Source of the DNA: Bacteroidales bacterium
Lineage (GTDB): Bacteria; Bacteroidota; Bacteroidia; Bacteroidales; UBA3824
DNA length: 64,000 bases
Direction of reading: 5' to 3'
NCBI GenBank assembly: GCA_017417315.1
Contig: JAFPZK010000027.1
Location: 2,863-66,862 of the forward strand
A program made the position numbers and the translations under genes. Under the pieces are notes generated by a model, which ran no database searches, was not told where the DNA came from, and saw nothing but the letters and a program-made list of their open reading frames with translations. Every line of letters begins with the position of its first letter. The stretch's first letter is position 1. Shown here piece by piece: positions 28,350 through 36,415 of the stretch.

Positions 28350-30185
28350 TTATTCAACGCCGGCATGACCTTCGGCAAAACCTCTGAAAACGGCTTTACG
28401 CTCTTTGAAGCCTTCCGTCCAAATACCTACGGGTTCGCCGCCTCTCCAACCTGACTGTGCCGGAGCATCGGTCAAACACCACTGACAAATGCCGTATTGC
28501 TGAGCCGGCGGCACGATTTCAAAGTATTTTTTGATAATAAACTTATAGAAATCAGCCATTTTTTGATGTTCCTCAGCCGTTAACTGCGAAGTCGTAAGAT
28601 TCTTACCGCCCCACTTATCGTTACCGCGTTTATAACCCATATCAAGTTCCGATACACGGACAAGTTTTCCGCTATTAGCCATTATCTGAAACATCTTTAC
28701 GATATGGTCTTCCATACTTTTTTGAATGTCAGCATTTTCATAACAAGTAATGTGCATTTGAGTACCGATACCGTCAATTTTGGTAACGCCGTCAGCCTCC
28801 CATTTTTCAATCCATTTTACCATAGATTTTACTTTGCCGTTGTCATCCCAATCGCTTTCGAGGTTATAGTCGTTGACAAAAAGTTTCAAATCGCTTGCAT
28901 TACCTTTGAAATGTTTTCTTGCAGAGGCAACAGCAGTGCGGACATATTCAAGGTCGCCCATAAAAGCCTGCCAATAGAACACGCCAGAAGATACGTTTGT
29001 CGGGTCGGCGTTGTTGTTGTTTTTGTAGTTTTGAAGGTCATAAAGACCGTCGCCGTCGCCGTCAGCACCCGAAAGAGGTTCGTTACAAACGTCCCAAGCC
29101 GTTACGAAACCGTCCGTGGCTTCCATCATACCTTTAATCCAGTTGTCCATAGCCCAAGCCAAAGTGTCGCGTTTTTCCTTATCGGTAAGCGCAACTTTTT
29201 TATCGCTGCCTAAATGCGTAATTTTAAGGCTTTCAACCCAAATGTCGCCGACAAAATTTCCTGACTGCAACATTACGTGTCCGCTGCCTTCTTTAAGACC
29301 GTCAATATGGAAAACTACGTCCTGCCAAGAGTCCGAAACGCTGATTTTGCCGTTATCGTTAGTTCCCCAACCGCCGACAACAACCGTAATATTAGTTGCT
29401 TCTGAGGCTTTTATCCTGAGCGTTATGTCGTATGCGCCGCCGGCTTCTGTCGGAATGTTATCGGCAATAACATACTGAACGCGATAAAAATCCTTTGCCT
29501 CTTTATTATTTTTGATATGAACGCCTGCCGCCTCTGTAGTAATTTCATAATCAACATTATTTTCAGCATTTTGAAAATCTCCGTGCCAATAATTCCAAGA
29601 CGAAAGTCCTTTGTAACTTTGTTCCAAATCAGTGATTTCAACAGCCACCGCAGTCGGGTCTTGAACGGTTTTGTCTTTCATCAGCGACAAAAGATAAGCA
29701 GGCTGTTGCTGAGAATGCCATGCCAAAGTATGACCGTAAATTGTCAAACCTGCCGCCTTAGCATCTTCGATAAACTGCTTTACGCGGTCAAAATTCATCT
29801 GACCTGAGCCGTTAACGCATGAAGCGTATTTCATGGCATTGCCCGCAACAATTTCGTCAAAGTTAGCGGCAACAATATCCCTTACGCCGTTAGTGTTGTT
29901 GTGAAATTCTCCGACATCAAGCGCACCGCTGAGTTTGTAATTCGGATATTTAACCCTGTCAACGAAAGATTTCAACGTTGAATTTTCGTCAATAACCAAC
30001 GACGGGTTTACCGGCTCAGGGGTCGGTGTCGGTGTCGGCGTCGGGTTAACCGTAGAGGTGTCAATGTTTTTGTTTGTTGACGTGTCAAAATTAATCGGTT
30101 TTACGGAAGAACTTTCTTCTTTGCCACAAGAGTTCATAGCAACCGAAGCAGCCAATAACGACACTAAAAAAAATCTTTTCTTCAT
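28350..30185 (-). CDS. GH10 endo-1,4-beta-xylanase interrupted by one CBM4/22-like module; lipoprotein
   Basis: Lipobox AMNSCG; Pro/Thr linker. Canonical GH10 motifs present: GNAMKY, GHTLAWHSQQP, WDVCNEP, VNDYN, GIGTQMH, VSELDM. A ~150-aa insert follows the second motif. Confidence 0.9.
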   Translation of the reverse strand: MKKRFFLVSLLAASVAMNSCGKEESSSVKPINFDTSTNKNIDTSTVNPTPTPTPTPEPVNPSLVIDENSTLKSFVDRVKYPNYKLSGALDVGEFHNNTNGVRDIVAANFDEIVAGNAMKYASCVNGSGQMNFDRVKQFIEDAKAAGLTIYGHTLAWHSQQQPAYLLSLMKDKTVQDPTAVAVEITDLEQSYKGLSSWNYWHGDFQNAENNVDYEITTEAAGVHIKNNKEAKDFYRVQYVIADNIPTEAGGAYDITLRIKASEATNITVVVGGWGTNDNGKISVSDSWQDVVFHIDGLKEGSGHVMLQSGNFVGDIWVESLKITHLGSDKKVALTDKEKRDTLAWAMDNWIKGMMEATDGFVTAWDVCNEPLSGADGDGDGLYDLQNYKNNNNADPTNVSSGVFYWQAFMGDLEYVRTAVASARKHFKGNASDLKLFVNDYNLESDWDDNGKVKSMVKWIEKWEADGVTKIDGIGTQMHITCYENADIQKSMEDHIVKMFQIMANSGKLVRVSELDMGYKRGNDKWGGKNLTTSQLTAEEHQKMADFYKFIIKKYFEIVPPAQQYGICQWCLTDAPAQSGWRGGEPVGIWTEGFKERKAVFRGFAEGHAGVE

Positions 30186-30248
30186 CTCTTTTCTTTTTAT
30201 TGTTTTTTTTATAGGTTAAAAAATATTCTTGCAGTGCAATTTTGCTTT

Positions 30249-31811
30249 TCATTCACCCTCAATCACTTCCAACTCGACTTCGTGTTTGGACATTGCCTTA
30301 TTGTAATTGACACCAAGTAAAATTATTTTCTTTGAAAAGCCTTTAAGACTTATTGGATAGTTTTTTCGCTTGATTTGGGCGATTGCGCCATCGGCAGTCT
30401 TGTCGTATTTGAGTTCCACGACGATTGCAGGGCGCGAGGACTTCGGCAACGGAACAAAAACCATATCAGCAAAGCCTTTGCCGGAAGGAAGTTCGTGAAA
30501 AATTTTGTAATCCCTCTCCGCTGCAAAATAAGCCATACGGATTGCACACGCCATAGCCGCTTCGTTGTTGATTCTCTGAACAGACGAGGCGTTAGGGCGG
30601 TAATTATCAAAAGCATTTGCGATGTATTCTGTATCAAGTTGAAGTGTCTTGTCCAACAACGTCAGCGAATTTGCCAACGCCTTTGAAAGCCAATCCCAAC
30701 CCGCCTTTGCAATCGTGTTCCTAAACTCACCCGAAACCTCTGTGTTAGGAATCATAACGCGGTAAGTTTCAGGGTCGTAAGAGAGGTAACCGAGGTGAAC
30801 CAAAAGCGTGAAAACATCGTCGGCATTTTCGATATGCCTCATATCGTTTCTAAAACTTGTAACCTCCACCGCTACTGCGCCGCCGTTGAGCATTTCCTCA
30901 ATTTTCGGACGAACGGTTTCATCGTTGATATGAATATAAGTTTCTATATATGTGTAAGATGCAGATTTTTCCCAATAACTGCCATAATTGCGGTTTCGGA
31001 TTGCCTTCATAACGGAATTCGGATTGAACATCGACCTTTCCTCGCCGATGATGTAACCGTCGTAAGCATGAGCCATTCGCAAAAAATCCATATTATGTTT
31101 TTCACAAAGTGCAATTACTTCATCTCTTGTAAAGCCGTAATATTTTGCGGTTGCACCCGGATTAATTATGCTACATTCGTCAAAATTGTTGAGTGCCGAC
31201 TGCGTTTCGTACTTTATAATCGGCAAAATTCCCGTCATATAAACAAGAAGAAAAAGTTTATTTGCGGAGTTTGACTTGAACATCGCACGCAAAAAATTGA
31301 CGTATTCGTCCCGCGTTTTTACGTCCTCGTCCCTGACGAGCATATCCCACTCGTCAATAATCAACACAAAGCGGTCGCCGGTCTTTTTGTTGATTTCTGT
31401 AAGCGCGTCGGCAAACGATTCTGTCTCTGTCAAAAAGGGATATGATTCTTTCAGGTCGGCGACAAAACGCTTTTGCGCTTCTTTTACGACGGTTTTGTGG
31501 TCGTAGGTTGAAAACTTGTTCCAATCAATATAGATTGTGGGGTATTTGTTAAGGTGTGTTTTGTAGTTCGGTGATTTTGTGATTTCAAGACCCTCAAACA
31601 GTTTTTCGGAATTGCACGAGCGGTCGTAATAAGCATACGCCATCTGTGCCGCAACGGATTTGCCGAAACGACGGGGACGGGATATGCAAATAAATGAATT
31701 ACGTGTATCAATAACACTATTCAAAAATTCTAATACCCCTGATTTATCAATAAAATTACTATTAGTAACTCTTTGAAAATCTATATTTCCGTAATCAATA
31801 AACTCACTCAT
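30249..31811 (-). CDS. Orphan AAA-ATPase_like (PF09820-type) + C-terminal PD-(D/E)XK (PDDEXK_9-type) fusion
   Basis: P-loop RPRRFGKS; Walker B VLIIDEWD; C-terminal FADMVF...VVELKY (D...ExK). Start set at MSEFIDYG because a -7 box lies at 31835 and the longer ORF needs a TTG start. Confidence 0.8.
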   Translation of the reverse strand: MSEFIDYGNIDFQRVTNSNFIDKSGVLEFLNSVIDTRNSFICISRPRRFGKSVAAQMAYAYYDRSCNSEKLFEGLEITKSPNYKTHLNKYPTIYIDWNKFSTYDHKTVVKEAQKRFVADLKESYPFLTETESFADALTEINKKTGDRFVLIIDEWDMLVRDEDVKTRDEYVNFLRAMFKSNSANKLFLLVYMTGILPIIKYETQSALNNFDECSIINPGATAKYYGFTRDEVIALCEKHNMDFLRMAHAYDGYIIGEERSMFNPNSVMKAIRNRNYGSYWEKSASYTYIETYIHINDETVRPKIEEMLNGGAVAVEVTSFRNDMRHIENADDVFTLLVHLGYLSYDPETYRVMIPNTEVSGEFRNTIAKAGWDWLSKALANSLTLLDKTLQLDTEYIANAFDNYRPNASSVQRINNEAAMACAIRMAYFAAERDYKIFHELPSGKGFADMVFVPLPKSSRPAIVVELKYDKTADGAIAQIKRKNYPISLKGFSKKIILLGVNYNKAMSKHEVELEVIEGE

Positions 31812-31834
31812 AATACTTTGCTTTTTATTGTTTA

Positions 31835-31842
31835 CAAAAGTA
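31835..31842 (-). promoter_or_regulatory. Candidate -7 box (TACTTTTG) upstream of the ATPase/PD-(D/E)XK gene
   Basis: + strand caaaagta, 24 nt from the ATG at 31811. Confidence 0.4.
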
Positions 31843-31903
31843 ACGAATCTTTTGCTATTATGCAAAAGAATTTTTAATTTCCGCAGATGCAACTCACAAG
31901 TGC

Positions 31904-31993
31904 AATTTTTTCCATAAATTCTGTCTATTTTTATAGAATCAGGGTAATTTTTTCCATAAATCAGGCAGTTTTAGGGTAATTTTTTCCATAAAT
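31904..31993 (-). repeat. Three direct copies of AATTTTTTCCATAAAT; two copies extend to the 21-mer AGGGTAATTTTTTCCATAAAT
   Basis: Copies at 31904-31919, 31946-31961 and 31978-31993, with spacing of 42 and 32 nt. They lie between the Fic stop and the ATPase promoter. Confidence 0.9.
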
Positions 31994-32005
31994 TTTTATT
32001 TTTCT

Positions 32006-33475
32006 TTAAAATTTCAGTATGCAATCATCGTCAGTTTCAAAGGCATTGGACTTCTGTAAAAAGTCTTTTACCTCCATAAAATTTCCGCCGGTGATAAGCG
32101 CACTGAATTTTCTTACTTTCTCCATCGCGTGAATCAGTTTTTCGGGATTGTCGCGCCGTGTCAACTGTCTTAACGCCGCCAAATAATCTGTCCTGAAAAC
32201 GGTAGGAATGATTATTTTTGACTGCCCCGCCGCTGAAAGTTCCGCATTCATCATTATTCTCGAAATTCGTCCGTTTCCGTCCGAAAATGGGTGAACCTCA
32301 CTTGTCATAAAAAGCATAAAAACCGCTTTCGCAAACGGATTATTCAGACTTCTGTAAATTTCATACCCCTTTTTCAAAGTTCCTTTTACATACTGAAAAT
32401 CAACAAAATGTGTTTCTCCCGCTTTGTTGTTTTTCGTCTTAAACATTCCGGGATTTGTCTCAGGACGGGCAGTCATCATAATGCGGTGTCTGCGCTGTAA
32501 AATATCAATCAAATCCTGTTCAGAAGTCGGCGTAACGGACATTTCCCTACGGTTAGAAACAATGTAATATGTTCCCAAAACGTCATGACTATCAGCATTT
32601 CGCGCCGGCAAAGGTGTCAGAGTTTCAATAATTTGACGTGCGTCATCTATCTCGAACTCCGTCCCTTCGATGTAATTTGAAAAATAACTTTCAAAGAACG
32701 CAAAATTACAATACGCCGAATCGTCCGTATTTTTATCAGGCATATCTTCAAAATGTTTCTCTCTTAAAGCCGAGGCTAAAATTTCAAAAAGTCTCAACCT
32801 ATTGCCGTCAAAAGGCTCACCTAACGCACGCGAAAGAGCAATACCGGAAGTAAGAATTTTTGACGGCTTAGTTGCCAACAGCGCACCGATTACGGAATCA
32901 AGTTTTTTGAACTCCGAGGTCATATCAAGTTGCTTTGAAAGTTTTCTTGCCGTATCCCTCAAAAGATTCAACTCTTCTTCACCACCGCTCTGAATGATTT
33001 TTTCAAGTTTTTCTTCCAAAACCTCTTGCGGCAAACATTTTGACACGCCGTTGTTAGTATAGCCTTGACTGAAATTTTCAAGATAAGCCCTCGCACTGCA
33101 CGCAATAAACAGCCCGCCCATAAAAGGATAATCCTCAGAAACAGGCTCAGAGCCTTCCAACAAATGAACGGTGATTCCGGGCAATGATATTTTTTTTGCA
33201 TATCCGTAAGACAAATATAAATGTCCGTCAGAAGTAGGACGACATTCAAATGCGCTACGGTAACTCAAAACTGCGTTAGGATAAAGAGTACCCAAAATGT
33301 AAAAAAGATTTCTGCGGATAATGTTTTCAGGCTTGTCATTAAGATTTGTGGTATAAATCTTAGGAGCAATTTTCACTATCCGATTTTCCTTTTTTAAGGA
33401 AGTTATCAATTTTGAAACATTTTTATCAGACGAAGCAAAAACGATTTCGTGATTGAGCAAGTTATCTTTTTCCAT
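32006..33475 (-). CDS. Fic-family (AMPylase-type) protein with an AbiEi-like N-terminal wHTH region
   Basis: Fic motif HPFSDGNGRISR (32258-32293). Inhibitory-helix motif SNYIEG, i.e. (S/T)xxxE(G/N), at 32663-32680. The N-terminal LKKENRIVKIAPKIYT...YPNAVLSYRSAF resembles AbiEi antitoxins. Confidence 0.85.
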   Translation of the reverse strand: MEKDNLLNHEIVFASSDKNVSKLITSLKKENRIVKIAPKIYTTNLNDKPENIIRRNLFYILGTLYPNAVLSYRSAFECRPTSDGHLYLSYGYAKKISLPGITVHLLEGSEPVSEDYPFMGGLFIACSARAYLENFSQGYTNNGVSKCLPQEVLEEKLEKIIQSGGEEELNLLRDTARKLSKQLDMTSEFKKLDSVIGALLATKPSKILTSGIALSRALGEPFDGNRLRLFEILASALREKHFEDMPDKNTDDSAYCNFAFFESYFSNYIEGTEFEIDDARQIIETLTPLPARNADSHDVLGTYYIVSNRREMSVTPTSEQDLIDILQRRHRIMMTARPETNPGMFKTKNNKAGETHFVDFQYVKGTLKKGYEIYRSLNNPFAKAVFMLFMTSEVHPFSDGNGRISRIMMNAELSAAGQSKIIIPTVFRTDYLAALRQLTRRDNPEKLIHAMEKVRKFSALITGGNFMEVKDFLQKSNAFETDDDCILKF

Positions 33476-33500
33476 TTCAGTAGACTAATTTTTCACTCTG

Positions 33501-33508
33501 CAAAAATA
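33501..33508 (-). promoter_or_regulatory. Candidate -7 box (TATTTTTG) upstream of the Fic gene
   Basis: + strand caaaaata, 26 nt from the ATG at 33475. Confidence 0.4.
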
Positions 33509-33530
33509 AAGAAAAAAAGTCAGTTTTCCT

Positions 33531-33587
33531 AAAAAAAAAATTCCGGCGTTAAAGCATGTTGTCGGTTTCAACAGCCAAACGCCGGAA
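33531..33587 (-). terminator. Strong rho-independent terminator after the PUL-core GH10
   Basis: 10-bp stem ttccggcgtt/aacgccggaa with an inner tgttg/caaca pairing, followed on the minus strand by U10. It lies 30 nt after the stop. Confidence 0.8.
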
Positions 33588-33617
33588 ATATATAAATGCA
33601 AAGCTTACACTTTATGA

Positions 33618-36392
33618 CTATTTACCGCTCAAACCGTCAGCAAAACCTTCATAAGTTTTCTTACGCAAGAACTTGTCTGTCCAAAGACCTTTCGGAGCAT
33701 CGCCCTCGTCGGTCAACGACCACTGACAAATACCGTACTGTTGTGCAGCAGGTACGTTAGCCAAATAAGTCTTGATAACGTTCTTGTAAAAATCTCCGAT
33801 TGCAGCATCACAACCCTTTGCAGAATAGTCTGAACTGCTTACTTTTACAACCGAACCTGAATTGTCAGTATAAACGATGTCAAGTTCTGAAACTCTTACG
33901 AGTTTGCCGGTTGCAGTCAAAGTCTGGAACATAGTAGCAAGGTTAGAAAGCGTTGTTTCGTTTTCGGTTGCGTTTTCAGAGCAAGCCAAGTGCAACTGAA
34001 CGCCTACACCGTCAATCTTAACGGTATCGTTTTCCCATGCGCCGAGCCATTTTACAAGGCTTTCGCATTTTTTAGGATCTTTGTCAAGACCGTACTCGTT
34101 AACGAAAAGTTTCAAATCCTCAGCAGTGCCTTTGTAGTATCTGCGGGCTGCCGAAACTGCCGTCTGAACGTATGCCTCGTCGCCGAGAATATCCTGCCAG
34201 AAGAACACATCAGTGTATCCGTCTTTTGTATTCGGTTTGTCAGTATGTTGAAGACCATAAACGCCGTTTTTAGTTACTGCACCGTCAGAAATCGGGTCTT
34301 TAACAACGTCCCAAGCCTTTACTGAACCTGCCGTTGCTTCCATAATACCTTCAACCCAAGAGTTCATAGCATTGGTAAGGATTTTAGCCTTTTCCTCAGT
34401 AGAAATTTCGCCTGCCGGAATTTTCTCTTCAACCAATATTTCCATATTATCGAAGTAATATTCAACGTCAGTATCAACAGAAAGATTGAAAGCACATGAT
34501 TTGAAACCACCTTTATCAGTCTTAGCCTGAGTTGCACTCAAAGTAATTTCTTTCTCAAAATGCTGCCAAGATGTAGTAAATTTTACATCACCTGCAAACT
34601 GCCAATCATTATAATCACCCGCTCCGGCATGAGCCTGAGTGCTTGCCGTTGCTTCTTTATTGGCTTTATAGTCGAAAGCAACTTTAATTTTTGTACCTTC
34701 AAACAAAAAGTCAGAAGCAGTAATCCAAAATTGTGAATCCCAAGGTTGTTCAACTTTTGCAGCAGCGGTTACTTTTACGCATTTACCGCCGTCTTTACCT
34801 TCGCCCGATACTATCGTTGCAGCAACAGGAGCAGTAGAGGGATATTCCTTTGCGAAAAATGAACTTACATCACTGCCTTCACAATCTGAATTTGAAACGA
34901 CATTTTTCCAAGCAGAAGTAGCCTCGGGTTCAGCCTCAGCAGCATCTTCAAAGCGTGTAAACGCCGGACCTTGCCAGTTGTTACCCCAACCGGCAATAGA
35001 AGCGTCATCAAAAGTTCCGTTTGCAACAAATGCCTTTTCAGAACCGTCTTCAACAACTTTTAATTCGTCGAAATAAATTTTGCCGCCAACTTGACCGAAT
35101 ACAAACTGCAATTGGTCGTGCGGGAAACTTGCATCAAATTCCCATTTCAAATCCGTCCATTGTTTTTGAACATCATACGTATCCAAGTACTGAACATCAT
35201 TGCTACCGCCCCATTGATTTTTGTTTTCACTCGTAGACCAAATAGGCCAAAGTGCGACCTTGCCGCCCTGTGTTGCTTTCGCACGCATAGTAACAACATA
35301 GTGCTTAGAAGCCTCCATAGAAGCAAGCATAGTATAAATCGCTTGTTTGTCCCAAGGATTTGCACCTGCTTCACCGCAATCGTATTCAATACAGAAATTA
35401 CCGCCCGTAGAAACAACTTGTTCTGCAAAACGTGTGTACGAAGGTCCTTGCCAGTTGTTAGTCCAACCGTCAATAGATTCTTTATCGAAATTACCGTTAG
35501 TAACCATATCCTCGGCAGAACCTGCGGCAACAACTTTCAAATCATCAAAATATATTTTTCCGCCAACCTGACCGAATACGAATTGCATTTTGTCATGAGG
35601 AAAACTTGCTTTGAACTTCCATTCCAAATCAGTCCATTCTTTTTGAACGTCGTATGTATCCAAATACTGAACATCATTGCTACCGCCCCACTGATTTTTG
35701 TTTTCACTCGTAGACCAAATAGGCCAAAGAGCAACTTTTCCACCTTGTGTTGCTTTTGCTCTGACAGTAAGAACATATTCCTTATCCTGTTCCATAGCAA
35801 CGGGTAAAGTATATATCGCCTGTTTGTCCCACGAATTTGCACCTGCTTCACCGCAATCGTACTCAATACAATAATTGGTAGAAACCGAGCCGCCGCCTTG
35901 TGCTTCACGCTCTTTTTTCTTTTCCTCTTTTATCTGTTCGCCTCTTTTATCGAAAAGCGACTGATAATAAGCGGGTCTTTGATTAGAGTTCCATGCGAGG
36001 GCAGAGCCGAAAACGCTTACACCCGCTTTTTTAGCAGAATTAATAAGGGTCGTAATCTTGCCGAAATCTGCTTCACCGGCATCAGAGATACAACTTCCGT
36101 AATACATATCCGTTTTAGGAGTAACCTCGTCCAAGTTAGCAGCCGCTAACGAACCTACGTTACCGCCCTTTGCAAATTCCTCAGCAGAAACTGCACCGCC
36201 GATTTTGAAATTCGGCGACATATTAGATGCAGTTTTGTATGATTTCAAGGGGTCAAGTCTGTTGAGTTCCTCCATAACCTGAACCGAAAGCGGAGCATTT
36301 TCCACAGTTAAATTCTGTGTCAAATCGTCAGCACAAGAGGACAACAAGCCCAAAGAAAGTGCCGCCAAATAATAATATTTATAATGTCTCAT
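33618..36392 (-). CDS. GH10-fold lipoprotein interrupted by three CBM-like modules (xyn10C position of the xylan PUL core), with non-canonical catalytic motifs
   Basis: Lipobox LLSSCAD. Retained GH10 motifs: GVGVQLH and VSELDI. Diverged motifs: TDMYY, GSALAWN, WDVVKDP, VNEYG. The insert covers aa ~170-655. Confidence 0.85.
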   Translation of the reverse strand: MRHYKYYYLAALSLGLLSSCADDLTQNLTVENAPLSVQVMEELNRLDPLKSYKTASNMSPNFKIGGAVSAEEFAKGGNVGSLAAANLDEVTPKTDMYYGSCISDAGEADFGKITTLINSAKKAGVSVFGSALAWNSNQRPAYYQSLFDKRGEQIKEEKKKEREAQGGGSVSTNYCIEYDCGEAGANSWDKQAIYTLPVAMEQDKEYVLTVRAKATQGGKVALWPIWSTSENKNQWGGSNDVQYLDTYDVQKEWTDLEWKFKASFPHDKMQFVFGQVGGKIYFDDLKVVAAGSAEDMVTNGNFDKESIDGWTNNWQGPSYTRFAEQVVSTGGNFCIEYDCGEAGANPWDKQAIYTMLASMEASKHYVVTMRAKATQGGKVALWPIWSTSENKNQWGGSNDVQYLDTYDVQKQWTDLKWEFDASFPHDQLQFVFGQVGGKIYFDELKVVEDGSEKAFVANGTFDDASIAGWGNNWQGPAFTRFEDAAEAEPEATSAWKNVVSNSDCEGSDVSSFFAKEYPSTAPVAATIVSGEGKDGGKCVKVTAAAKVEQPWDSQFWITASDFLFEGTKIKVAFDYKANKEATASTQAHAGAGDYNDWQFAGDVKFTTSWQHFEKEITLSATQAKTDKGGFKSCAFNLSVDTDVEYYFDNMEILVEEKIPAGEISTEEKAKILTNAMNSWVEGIMEATAGSVKAWDVVKDPISDGAVTKNGVYGLQHTDKPNTKDGYTDVFFWQDILGDEAYVQTAVSAARRYYKGTAEDLKLFVNEYGLDKDPKKCESLVKWLGAWENDTVKIDGVGVQLHLACSENATENETTLSNLATMFQTLTATGKLVRVSELDIVYTDNSGSVVKVSSSDYSAKGCDAAIGDFYKNVIKTYLANVPAAQQYGICQWSLTDEGDAPKGLWTDKFLRKKTYEGFADGLSGK
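34947..35876 (-). repeat. Intragenic tandem duplication, 2 x 477 nt (159 aa), of a CBM-like module
   Basis: aa 173-331 and 332-482 are largely identical (CIEYDCGEAGAN.WDKQAIYT...RAKATQGGKVALWPIWSTSENKNQWGGSNDVQYLDTYDVQK). DNA stretches of ~65 nt are near-identical, e.g. around 35190-35255 versus 35667-35732. Confidence 0.9.
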
Positions 36393-36415
36393 ACTAATTT
36401 CCAGTTATTTTAAAA

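Noticed and set aside
31812-31892. Longer version of the ATPase ORF (MHLRKLKILLHNSKRF..).
   Set aside because: It needs a TTG start and would contain the predicted -7 promoter box at 31835-31842. The ATG at 31811 gives a family-typical N-terminus.
31904-31993. Possibility that the triple direct repeat is a small CRISPR array.
   Set aside because: There are only three copies of a 16-21-nt AT-rich unit. The intervening 11-26 nt 'spacers' are far too short, there are no cas genes in the window, and the repeat has no palindromic character.
35091-35807. 238-aa + strand ORF, with internally repeated sequence, inside the GH10 gene.
   Set aside because: It is antisense to the tandemly duplicated CBM region. 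Its own repeat simply mirrors that duplication. It has no start context or motifs.
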